Positions 28,399 through 35,695 of a stretch of DNA of 35,695 bases are shown here, piece after piece. A model generated the notes under the pieces. That model was not told the origin of the DNA and made no database searches. It saw only the letters and a program-made list of their open reading frames with translations. The stretch comes from Thermodesulfovibrionales bacterium (GTDB lineage Bacteria; Nitrospirota; Thermodesulfovibrionia; Thermodesulfovibrionales; UBA6898). A program made the translations under genes and the position numbers. The DNA lies in contig JBIOIY010000033.1 in assembly GCA_044450345.1 (NCBI GenBank), positions 1 to 35,695 on the forward strand, written 5' to 3'. How positions within the stretch are numbered: the first letter of the stretch is position 1; each line of letters begins with the position of its first letter.

Positions 28399-29197
28399 TC
28401 AAACCCAGTTCCCTCGCCGCGTCCTCTATCAGCGTCCCGCTGATGGTGGTCATCTCCCTCGCAAATCCGTCAAGGAGAGCCGATGTGGCGATGCTGTTTA
28501 TGACCCTCGGGATGCCGCCGGAAAGTCTGTACAGGACCGCAAGTGCTTCGTCGGTGAACAGCACATCTTCCCTGCCCGACATCCTCAACCTGTGCATCAC
28601 ATATCCCATTATCTCGCCCTCGGCGAGTGGGCCGAGATGGAAAAAAAGCCCTATCCTCTGTCTCAGGGGAAGATACGCTTTATGGTTCAGCCTCCTCCTG
28701 AGATCGGTCTGGCCGACGAGGATGATGCTCAGGAGATTGGTATCGTCAAGCTGGAAGTTCGTCAGAAGGCGTATCTCTTCAAACGTGTCCTTGCTCGGTA
28801 TGAGTTGTGCCTCGTCTATGATGATCACGTGCGTAACTCCCGATTCGTGGTCATGAAAGACCTTTTCGCAGATGGCGTCCAGCAGGTCGGCCTTGTAGAT
28901 AGAGGGGATATCGATCTCCATCCTCTTGGCGATCGTCCTGAGGAACTGTGCGGGGCTCAAAACCGGATTGATGATCGTAATGATCCGGCAGCGCTCGTCG
29001 AGCACATCCATCAACGCCCTGGTGAGGGTCGTCTTCCCGCAGCCGACCTCTCCTGTCAATAAGATCATTTCCTTCTCCTCGACCGCATACTGCAGCCTCG
29101 CAAGCGCCTCTTCATGGTTCTTGCTGAGGAAAAGGAACTTCGGGTCCGGTGTCTTGCTGAAAGGCCTGGCCTTCAGACCGTAAAATTCTTCATACAT
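28379..29197 (-). CDS. ExeA/GspA-like AAA ATPase, ATPase domain only
   Basis: MYEEFYGLKARPFSKTPDP, Walker A GEVGCGKTT, Walker B IIIDEAQ, ILVGQ, SGGIPRVIN. Confidence 0.92.
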   Translation of the reverse strand: MYEEFYGLKARPFSKTPDPKFLFLSKNHEEALARLQYAVEEKEMILLTGEVGCGKTTLTRALMDVLDERCRIITIINPVLSPAQFLRTIAKRMEIDIPSIYKADLLDAICEKVFHDHESGVTHVIIIDEAQLIPSKDTFEEIRLLTNFQLDDTNLLSIILVGQTDLRRRLNHKAYLPLRQRIGLFFHLGPLAEGEIMGYVMHRLRMSGREDVLFTDEALAVLYRLSGGIPRVINSIATSALLDGFAREMTTISGTLIEDAARELGLNGYREN

Positions 29198-31151
29198 GTG
29201 CCGCCCCCTTTTGCTTGATCATCGATGCATCGATAAGCGATTCGATATCGAGGACCAGTATCACCTCATGTTTGCCTATCTCCGCCGCTCCGGCGAAGCC
29301 CCTTAACTTCTTGAGGTAATCACTCAACGATTTGATGACGATTTCGTGCTGCCCGAAAAGCTCGTCAACGAGTAGTCCCACCTTCCTTTCGCCGAACCCC
29401 ACAATTACCGCAAAAGAACGGTCATTCTCATCGCCTGAAAGATTGAAATATTTGTTTACCCTGATCATCGGGAGCATATCGCCCCTCAGGTAATAGACCT
29501 CTTTCCATTCTATTGTCTGTATGTCCTTATGCTCGACGATGAGCGTTTCCGACATGGAAGACAGCGGCACAGCAAATTTCTCGTGGCCGACCCTTACCAG
29601 GAGCGCCTTGATGATGGCAAGGGTGATCGGGAGGGTGAGCATAAAAGTAGTGCCGACATCCTTTTTCGTTTCGACATCGGCGAACCCGCCGAGGGCGGAA
29701 AGCTTCTCCTTGACCACGTCCATGCCGACCCCTCTGCCGGATACCTCGCTCACCACGTCCTTTGTGCTGAATCCCGGGGCAAAAATAAAATCGACAATCT
29801 CGCTTTCGCTCAGTTCTGTGTCATCCCGGACGAGACCTTTTTCCACCGCCTTATTCCGCACCTTCACGAGGTCTATCCCCCCTCCGTCGTCCTGGAGTTC
29901 GATGACGACGTGGTTGCCCTTCTGGTATGCCTTGAGGACGATCGTACCGGACTCATTCTTGCCCTTCATTTTTCTGGCCTCAGGGCTTTCGATCCCGTGG
30001 TCGAGGGAATTCCTGACGAGGTGCATCAGGGGGTCGATGATCTCTTCGGCGAGGTACTTGTCGATTTCAGTCTCTTCCCCGTACATGACGAGTTCTATCT
30101 GTTTGCCTATCTCTCTCGAATACCGTCTCACCACCTGGGCCAGCCTCGCAAAGATCTGTCCGATGGGGACCATCCTGATCTCAAGGACCTGGTCCTGAAG
30201 CTCCGCGAGCCTCCTCTCGAACGTCTGGGATATCTTGTGGATGTCGTAGACGAGGGACGAATGCCCGTAGGATTCTACGAGTTCCACCCCTATCCGCTTT
30301 ATCGCCTCTTTCGCCAGACTCAATTCACCTACCGTATTGAGTATCCTGTCGAGTTTTTCTATGTCCACCCTGACTGTCGTCGTGGTGCTCTTAAGATGGC
30401 CGTCCTGCTGTGGTCCGGGCTGTCCGAGGGTCTTCGGCCCGACGAGGACATCGACATCGAAAGCGACGTCTTTCTTTACCTCGTCGTGCGGACCGGCGCT
30501 TCCGAACATCAGGTTGAATCCAATAAAGCCGTCCGGCACATTCGTCGAAGTCGGCAGGGTCGAGATGAGTTCACCTTTCGTCTTGATTATCTTGGTGAGT
30601 TCCGCAAGCGCTGTATCAAAGATCTCCAGAGGGAAGACCGCCTTAGCCAGATAAATAGTCTTCCCTTCTTTTATGTTCGCCTTAAGCCTGTGTTCCTCGT
30701 ATTCCGAGAGCACCTTCATGATCGATTCATCCATGAAACCTTCTACGGTTGCGGGGCCGGATTTTCCCTTCAGAGACTCCCTGAATGCCTCGATGTCTTT
30801 GATAAAACCCGCTGTATCGGCCTCCTCGTCGGTCTGACTCAGCTTGTCGACGAGCTCTTTCAGGATATCGAGGTTCGTGAATAGAAAATTGACGACAGAT
30901 GCCCCCACCTCGATCTTCCCGAGTCTCACGTCATCCATCAATGCCTCAAGGGAATGGCTGATATTCGTGATCCCCTGAAGCCCGAAAAGGCCCGACACGC
31001 CTTTAAGGGTATGCAAGGACCTGAACAGGGCGTTTATCGTATCGGGGTTGCTGCCGGTAGCAAACGTGTCCTGGATTTCGAGGATCAGGCGCTGGGATTC
31101 CTCGATGAGATCTTCTGCTTCTGAGATGAATTCCTTTTTTGAAGATTTCAT
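29190..31151 (-). CDS. cheA: Chemotaxis histidine kinase CheA
   Basis: Hpt LFRSLHTLKG; TVRVDIEKLD; PLMHLVRNSLDHGIE; DDGGGID; FAPGFSTK; VSGRGVGMDVV; P5 domain. Confidence 0.96.
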   Translation of the reverse strand: MKSSKKEFISEAEDLIEESQRLILEIQDTFATGSNPDTINALFRSLHTLKGVSGLFGLQGITNISHSLEALMDDVRLGKIEVGASVVNFLFTNLDILKELVDKLSQTDEEADTAGFIKDIEAFRESLKGKSGPATVEGFMDESIMKVLSEYEEHRLKANIKEGKTIYLAKAVFPLEIFDTALAELTKIIKTKGELISTLPTSTNVPDGFIGFNLMFGSAGPHDEVKKDVAFDVDVLVGPKTLGQPGPQQDGHLKSTTTTVRVDIEKLDRILNTVGELSLAKEAIKRIGVELVESYGHSSLVYDIHKISQTFERRLAELQDQVLEIRMVPIGQIFARLAQVVRRYSREIGKQIELVMYGEETEIDKYLAEEIIDPLMHLVRNSLDHGIESPEARKMKGKNESGTIVLKAYQKGNHVVIELQDDGGGIDLVKVRNKAVEKGLVRDDTELSESEIVDFIFAPGFSTKDVVSEVSGRGVGMDVVKEKLSALGGFADVETKKDVGTTFMLTLPITLAIIKALLVRVGHEKFAVPLSSMSETLIVEHKDIQTIEWKEVYYLRGDMLPMIRVNKYFNLSGDENDRSFAVIVGFGERKVGLLVDELFGQHEIVIKSLSDYLKKLRGFAGAAEIGKHEVILVLDIESLIDASMIKQKGAAHV

Positions 31152-31516
31152 ATGCCGATGGTCTTTTTGATGATTTCCTGCAGCTCAAACGACTTAAACG
31201 GTTTCGTCACATAAGCCGTGGCTCCAAGTGCCATCCCTCTCTTTTTGTCCTCCTCGCTCTTTTCGGTGCTGACTATGACAATAGGCAGATGGGTAAACCT
31301 CGGGTTGTTCCTGACAAAACTGATGAGTTCGAGGCCGTTGATGTCCGGCATATTGATATCGGTGATGATAAGGTCGTATTGCTGTTGCGGCAGCATCTTC
31401 AGGGCCTCGAATCCCGACGATGCCTCTACGGTCTCGAATTCGCCGATCTCGTCTATCACGGCCCTGATCAGCGCCCGCGTGGTTGCGGAGTCCTCGACGA
31501 TGAGAATGGTCTTCAC
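31148..31516 (-). CDS. cheY: Single-domain CheY-like response regulator
   Basis: ILIVEDS, DLIITDINMPDING, VST, YVTKPF. Confidence 0.9.
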   Translation of the reverse strand: MKTILIVEDSATTRALIRAVIDEIGEFETVEASSGFEALKMLPQQQYDLIITDINMPDINGLELISFVRNNPRFTHLPIVIVSTEKSEEDKKRGMALGATAYVTKPFKSFELQEIIKKTIGI

Positions 31517-31661
31517 AGAGCCTCTCCCTTTTGCAGGTCATAGAAGTTACTGTTCCGGACTACGGGAACTATTCTCTTTACCCTCAGCACTTTCCTCCCT
31601 GCTTCCTGTTTTGGGCGCATTATTTTCGTGTAAGATTTTATCAGATACTGCAAAAAAAATC

Positions 31662-32795
31662 TCACCCGGCTTCTTCCTGGCCTTTTTTCATCTCCATCTC
31701 CTGAAGTCTCCTCTGCAGCAGCGATTTTTCCAGGGCCAGACCGGCATGGCTAATGAAGATTTCAAGCCCCTCTGTTTCCGCAGTGGACGTTCCGGTCGAA
31801 AAATTGTCGCAATAAAGAAATGCGACCGCACGGCCCTCGGCCACGATCGGAAAGACCGCGACTTCCGACGGCCAGACCCCGCCGAGTTCCTGCATAAGTC
31901 TGCCGGTCACTTCATCCTTTTCCAGGACGCCCTTGTAAGGCATCTGTTCGAAGACGATCCGTTTCAAAAAAGGACTTTTGTCTATCTCGATGGCGGTCTC
32001 CCTGACTTTTTCGTCGGCCCTGTCGATCTCGAGTCCGAACTGCCCTAGGCCTACTATCCGGTTTTTGCCTACCATAAAGAGCACCCCGCGGTGGAAGATG
32101 TTGCTTGCAAACCTCAGGATAAGGAGGGTGATCTCCGACGCCGAGTTGGGGAACCTGAGTTCCTGTGTCAGGGCCTTGAGTTGAGATATGTCTTTCCGCT
32201 CGGTCGGGGTGGTCTCCCAGTCTTCTTCCCAGTCGCCCTCTGCGGCCTCCTCACCCGAGATCTCCTCGGTCCCGACAAAGGACAACTGGGTCGACTCGTC
32301 CTGCACGCGAGCGCCTTCCATCAGAAGGTATTCCGGACTTAACCCCCTCGACAATTCCCATCCCCAGTCGGCGAGGCCCGTCTTACCTTCGAGGTCCAGG
32401 TCGTCGAGTTCAAACTGGAAATCACCGTCTTCCCACATGAGGAGCCGGTAAATGACCTTTTCGATCCGCTTCTTGGTGGCCTTTTCGAGCGCCTCCTGGG
32501 TCACGGAACCGAAGTCAAAAAGGATCTCGGCCACAGACTTCTTCGGCAACTTTTTTTTTACCTCAAGGGCCATATTCAGGATCGTTTCTTTAATGAGACC
32601 GGACTCAAAAAGATTTTGTCCGAGGTTCCCTTCCAGATCGTCCGTCTCTCCCCGGACTACCATGCCGTTTTTGAAAACTATCATCGAGGTCCCCCTGGAG
32701 CCGCTGACAATGAATGTGCCCGTCTTCCTGCCCACACTGAGGATCTGAAAGATGTCCGAAATCGCGAGGTCCTCAAGCCTTCCGGCAAGACTCAT
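31662..32795 (-). CDS. DUF4388 (PatA-N) domain protein with C-terminal GAF-like domain
   Basis: MSLAGRLEDLAISDIFQIL...KTG, LLMWEDGDFQF, LLMEGARVQDE; C-terminal VFPIVAEGRAVAFLYCDN...HAGLALE. Confidence 0.85.
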   Translation of the reverse strand: MSLAGRLEDLAISDIFQILSVGRKTGTFIVSGSRGTSMIVFKNGMVVRGETDDLEGNLGQNLFESGLIKETILNMALEVKKKLPKKSVAEILFDFGSVTQEALEKATKKRIEKVIYRLLMWEDGDFQFELDDLDLEGKTGLADWGWELSRGLSPEYLLMEGARVQDESTQLSFVGTEEISGEEAAEGDWEEDWETTPTERKDISQLKALTQELRFPNSASEITLLILRFASNIFHRGVLFMVGKNRIVGLGQFGLEIDRADEKVRETAIEIDKSPFLKRIVFEQMPYKGVLEKDEVTGRLMQELGGVWPSEVAVFPIVAEGRAVAFLYCDNFSTGTSTAETEGLEIFISHAGLALEKSLLQRRLQEMEMKKGQEEAG

Positions 32796-34012
32796 CGTAT
32801 TTCAGCCCCCTTGGGTATTACCACTACCCCCCCGTCGCTTACGAAAAAGCGTTCTCTGTCGGCCTCAAGGTCGTACCCTATCGTTGTCCCGGCCGGAACA
32901 TAGACATCCTTGTCGATAATCGCCCGCCTTATCTTGCAGTTCCTTCCGATCTGTACATTCTCCATCAGGATGGATTCCCTTACGTCCACATAACTGTTGA
33001 TCCTGACAGTGGGAGACAGCACCGAATTCTGCACCCTGCCGCCGCTTATGATGCACCCTCCGCAGACTATAGAATCGAGCGCGATCCCGAGTCTGCCTCC
33101 CTTATACTCCTGCGCAAAGACAAATTTCGCGGGAGGATACTGCCCCTGGTTCGTCCTAAGCGGCCATTCACTGTCATACAGGTTGAATTGGGGATCGACA
33201 GAGACAAGGTCCATGTTCGCCTCCCAGTAGGAATCGATCGTCCCAACGTCTCGCCAGTATTTCGCCTCCTTTTTATTCTCGTCCTTGAACTCATAGGCGA
33301 AGAGCTTTCCTGTATTAAGCATTTCGGGAAGGATGTTCTTGCCGAAATCATGGGCTGACGATTTTCCGGAATCAGCCCTCAGTTCGTTTATGATATCTTC
33401 CTTGTTGAAAAGATATATCCCCATCGAGGCAAAACAATGCTCGGGGTCACCGGGTATGGTAACAGGGTCCGCCGGTTTCTCCTTGAAACCGATGATCCTG
33501 AAATTGCTGTCCGTTTCAACTATGCCCAGAGAAGAGGCTATTTTTTTGGGTACCTTTATAGTCGCTACGGTACCGGTAGCTTCCCTCGTGAGATGGAAGT
33601 CGAACATCTCGGCATAGTTCATTTTATAGATATGGTCGCCCGAGAGTATAAGGATATAAGGGGGGTTTTCTTTTTCTATGAGATATATGTTTTGGAAGAC
33701 GGCATCAGCGGTGCCCTCATACCACCGTTCGTCGATCCTTTGCTGGGGCGGGATAGTGAATATGTATTCGCCCAGTTCAGGGTTCAGAAGGTGCTCCCAT
33801 CCCAACGCAAGGTGTCTGTCAAGGGAGAAGGACTTATACTGCGTAATGACTACGATCCTCCGGACATGGGAATTAATGCAGTTGCTGAGGGTGAAATCGA
33901 TGATCCTGAACTTGCCGCCGAACGGCACTGCAGGCTTCGCCCTGTGGATCGTAAGCGGGTGCAGCCTTTCTCCCTTGCCGCCCGCAAGGATAAGGGCCAA
34001 CACATTGTCCAT
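32792..34012 (-). CDS. glgC: Glucose-1-phosphate adenylyltransferase (ADP-glucose pyrophosphorylase)
   Basis: ILAGGKGERL, RAKPAVPFGG, WYEGTADAV, LSGDHIYKMNY, FKEKP, ASMGIY, DFGKNI, YWRDVGT. Alternative start at 34042. Confidence 0.96.
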   Translation of the reverse strand: MDNVLALILAGGKGERLHPLTIHRAKPAVPFGGKFRIIDFTLSNCINSHVRRIVVITQYKSFSLDRHLALGWEHLLNPELGEYIFTIPPQQRIDERWYEGTADAVFQNIYLIEKENPPYILILSGDHIYKMNYAEMFDFHLTREATGTVATIKVPKKIASSLGIVETDSNFRIIGFKEKPADPVTIPGDPEHCFASMGIYLFNKEDIINELRADSGKSSAHDFGKNILPEMLNTGKLFAYEFKDENKKEAKYWRDVGTIDSYWEANMDLVSVDPQFNLYDSEWPLRTNQGQYPPAKFVFAQEYKGGRLGIALDSIVCGGCIISGGRVQNSVLSPTVRINSYVDVRESILMENVQIGRNCKIRRAIIDKDVYVPAGTTIGYDLEADRERFFVSDGGVVVIPKGAEIR

Positions 34013-34130
34013 CGCCTTTTCCCTTCTCATTCGTTCAATCATCAGGTGCTCCGCTCACCTAAAACAGGGACAAAAGTATTCTGTAAATATTCATTCCGGT
34101 TAGTTGCCGAAACAATCTTTTTTATAGTCG

Positions 34131-34160
34131 AGTATATCAGGAAAAATCCAAGAGTGTCAA
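34131..34160 (-). promoter_or_regulatory. Sigma70-type promoter for glgC-che operon
   Basis: Minus strand TTGACA (34160-34155), 18 nt spacer ending TGA, TATACT (34136-34131). Confidence 0.65.
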
Positions 34161-34220
34161 CGAGTTAGAAAGCGGGGAGATTGCGACTGCGCCGTTTTTT
34201 TTAGTATGATAATTATCGAC

Positions 34221-34646
34221 ATGACGATCGTTCATTCCGATGCGATTTCGATCACTACGAGAGGGTTCGGCGACACAACAGATATCACTACCGATGTAAC
34301 GCGGATTGCGGAAGCCGCGAAGGTAAGAAACGGTATGCTTACGGTTTTCTGCCAGGGCTCTACCGGCACCATTACTACGATCGAGTTTGAGCCTGGCGTG
34401 ATCAAAGACCTTCAAGAAGCTCTGGAAAAGATAGTGCCTTCAAGTGTGACTTATGAGCATGACAAAGCCTGGGGAGATGGCAACGGATTCTCTCATGTCC
34501 GGGCCGCACTGATGAAGCCGTCCCTGACGGTCCCGGTAGTGGAGGGAGAGATGACGCTTGGCACCTGGCAACAGATCGTCTTTATCGATTTCGACAACAG
34601 ACCGAGGAAGAGGAAGATCATTGTGCAGGTGGTGGGAATCGAATAA
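34221..34646 (+). CDS. yjbQ: YjbQ/UPF0047 family protein (secondary thiamine-phosphate synthase-like)
   Basis: DITTDV, GSTGTITTIEFEPG, YEHD, GNGFSHVRAAL, LGTWQQIVFIDFDNRPR. Confidence 0.9.
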   Translation: MTIVHSDAISITTRGFGDTTDITTDVTRIAEAAKVRNGMLTVFCQGSTGTITTIEFEPGVIKDLQEALEKIVPSSVTYEHDKAWGDGNGFSHVRAALMKPSLTVPVVEGEMTLGTWQQIVFIDFDNRPRKRKIIVQVVGIE

Positions 34647-34943
34647 AGGTGTCTAGTCGATTTAATAAGACGATACAACGCATATTTCTTTTAAGGAGTG
34701 CACCGACGAGTCTACCCCGGCCCTATTTTGACAGGCTGACAGTTATCATTCGTAACCTAACGTCCGCTCGATTGCGGCTGTGCCCAAAATTCATCCAGAA
34801 CTCCGCGCTTACCCCGAACACCTCTTTTCGCACCAGCCCCCCCTACCCGGGTAGGATTGAATATCCGTCTCACAAATCGCAAACTGTACCTATGAATGCG
34901 GTCTGTAGTGCGCATAATAATCTTAGAAAAGGAGGATGAAAGG

Positions 34944-35417
34944 ATGAAAAGACTGTTTAGTTACGTAATGGTTATCATGATGCTTTTTGGGCTTGTGGGC
35001 ATCGTCTGGGGCGAAGTGAAGGCGAAATACGGTACCGCTGCGGAAGCTGAGGCAATGGTGAAAAGGGCAATAGCGTCTATGAAAAGCAACGGGAAGGAAG
35101 CCACGTTTGCAGAGATCAATGACCACAAGGGCAAGTTTACCGACGGGGATCTCTACATCTTCGTCTACGACATACATGGAAAATGCGTTGCCCATGGACA
35201 GAACCCGACGATGATCGGCAAGGATCTCATCGAGATGACGGACGCGGACGGAAAATATTTTGTAAAGGAGCGTGTTGAGATTGCGAAGACGAAGGGCTCG
35301 GGGTGGCAGTATTACAAATTTAGAGACCCGCTTACCAAAAAAATAGAGTACAAACGGGCATACGTCGAACGGTATGAAGATTTGATCGTAGGGTGCGGCA
35401 TCTATGCCCACGAATAG
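34944..35417 (+). CDS. Stand-alone secreted single-Cache (sCache_2-like) domain protein
   Basis: Signal peptide; GTAAEAEAMVKRA, DLYIFVYD, AHG, GKDL..MTDADGK, GSGWQYYKF.DP.TKKIEYK, VGCGIY; no second TM or output domain. Confidence 0.88.
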   Translation: MKRLFSYVMVIMMLFGLVGIVWGEVKAKYGTAAEAEAMVKRAIASMKSNGKEATFAEINDHKGKFTDGDLYIFVYDIHGKCVAHGQNPTMIGKDLIEMTDADGKYFVKERVEIAKTKGSGWQYYKFRDPLTKKIEYKRAYVERYEDLIVGCGIYAHE

Positions 35418-35552
35418 CGGGACTATCGGACGCAAGGTGAACCTGGCATTGCTCTGTTTTTTCCTTTTGAGAACGATGCTGAAGTAGTCACAGGGCTTTA
35501 AGAATGAGTTTCCATAATCTCAGCATGGACGGGGAGAGTCCGTAAGTCAGCA

Positions 35553-35607
35553 CTGATGAGTAATAAAAAGGGATGCATGATTTGAGACATGCATCCCTTC
35601 TCATCAG
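35553..35607. other. Long bulged hairpin (terminator or structured RNA)
   Basis: AAGGGATGCATG/CATGCATCCCTT 12-bp perfect stem extended by CTGATGAG/CTCATCAG across a 7-nt bulge. Confidence 0.6.
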
Positions 35608-35695
35608 CCTCTTAATTTCGCCGCTATGGCAGTGTGAAGCTTGTGTGCCAGAGATAGTGGGTGCTGAGACTGCCCGAAGGAAATACGACAACAAA

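Noticed and set aside
34649..34939. 96-aa ORF between yjbQ and the Cache gene
   Set aside because: Atypical composition, no domain similarity; more likely intergenic regulatory DNA.
35553..35607. CTGATGAG suggesting a hammerhead ribozyme core
   Set aside because: No correctly placed GAAA or cleavage triplet; the motif simply pairs with CTCATCAG in a hairpin.
35658..35695. GCTGAGA suggesting a TPP riboswitch
   Set aside because: The downstream CCTGA/TAAT/GCGTAGGGA elements are not seen within the window.
1..35695. CRISPR arrays, tRNA/rRNA genes, prophage or defence genes
   Set aside because: No spaced repeat array, cloverleaf, rRNA-like or phage signatures recognised by eye.

Overview
Bacterial chromosomal window of about 35.7 kb. 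Gene content (MqnA, heme-c chemoreceptors, archease-RtcB, Geobacter-like Che cluster) suggests an anaerobic Nitrospirota/Desulfobacterota-like organism; this is inference only. Left to right: an IS110-family (IS1111-like layout) transposase with a long structured downstream non-coding end, a degraded CopG/BrnA-like antitoxin remnant, an ArnT-like glycosyltransferase, glgP, a ferritin-like protein, archease-rtcB-mqnA, a probable sigma54-controlled pair of exported proteins beside a HAMP kinase/NtrC-family two-component system, and a hotdog-fold protein. Next comes a ~20 kb minus-strand operon: glgC, DUF4388-GAF, cheY, cheA, ExeA-like ATPase, cheW, MCP, MCP, cheW, HEAT protein, cheR, cheB, GAF protein, cheY, MCP. 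The window ends with yjbQ, a stand-alone secreted Cache protein and a structured non-coding region. The most striking observation is two paralogous chemoreceptors that carry a periplasmic CxxCH heme sensor and also a PhnD-like phosphate/phosphonate-binding domain fused after the signalling domain, so on the cytoplasmic side, in an operon headed by and overlapping glgC. All calls come from motif recognition by eye; no searches were run.
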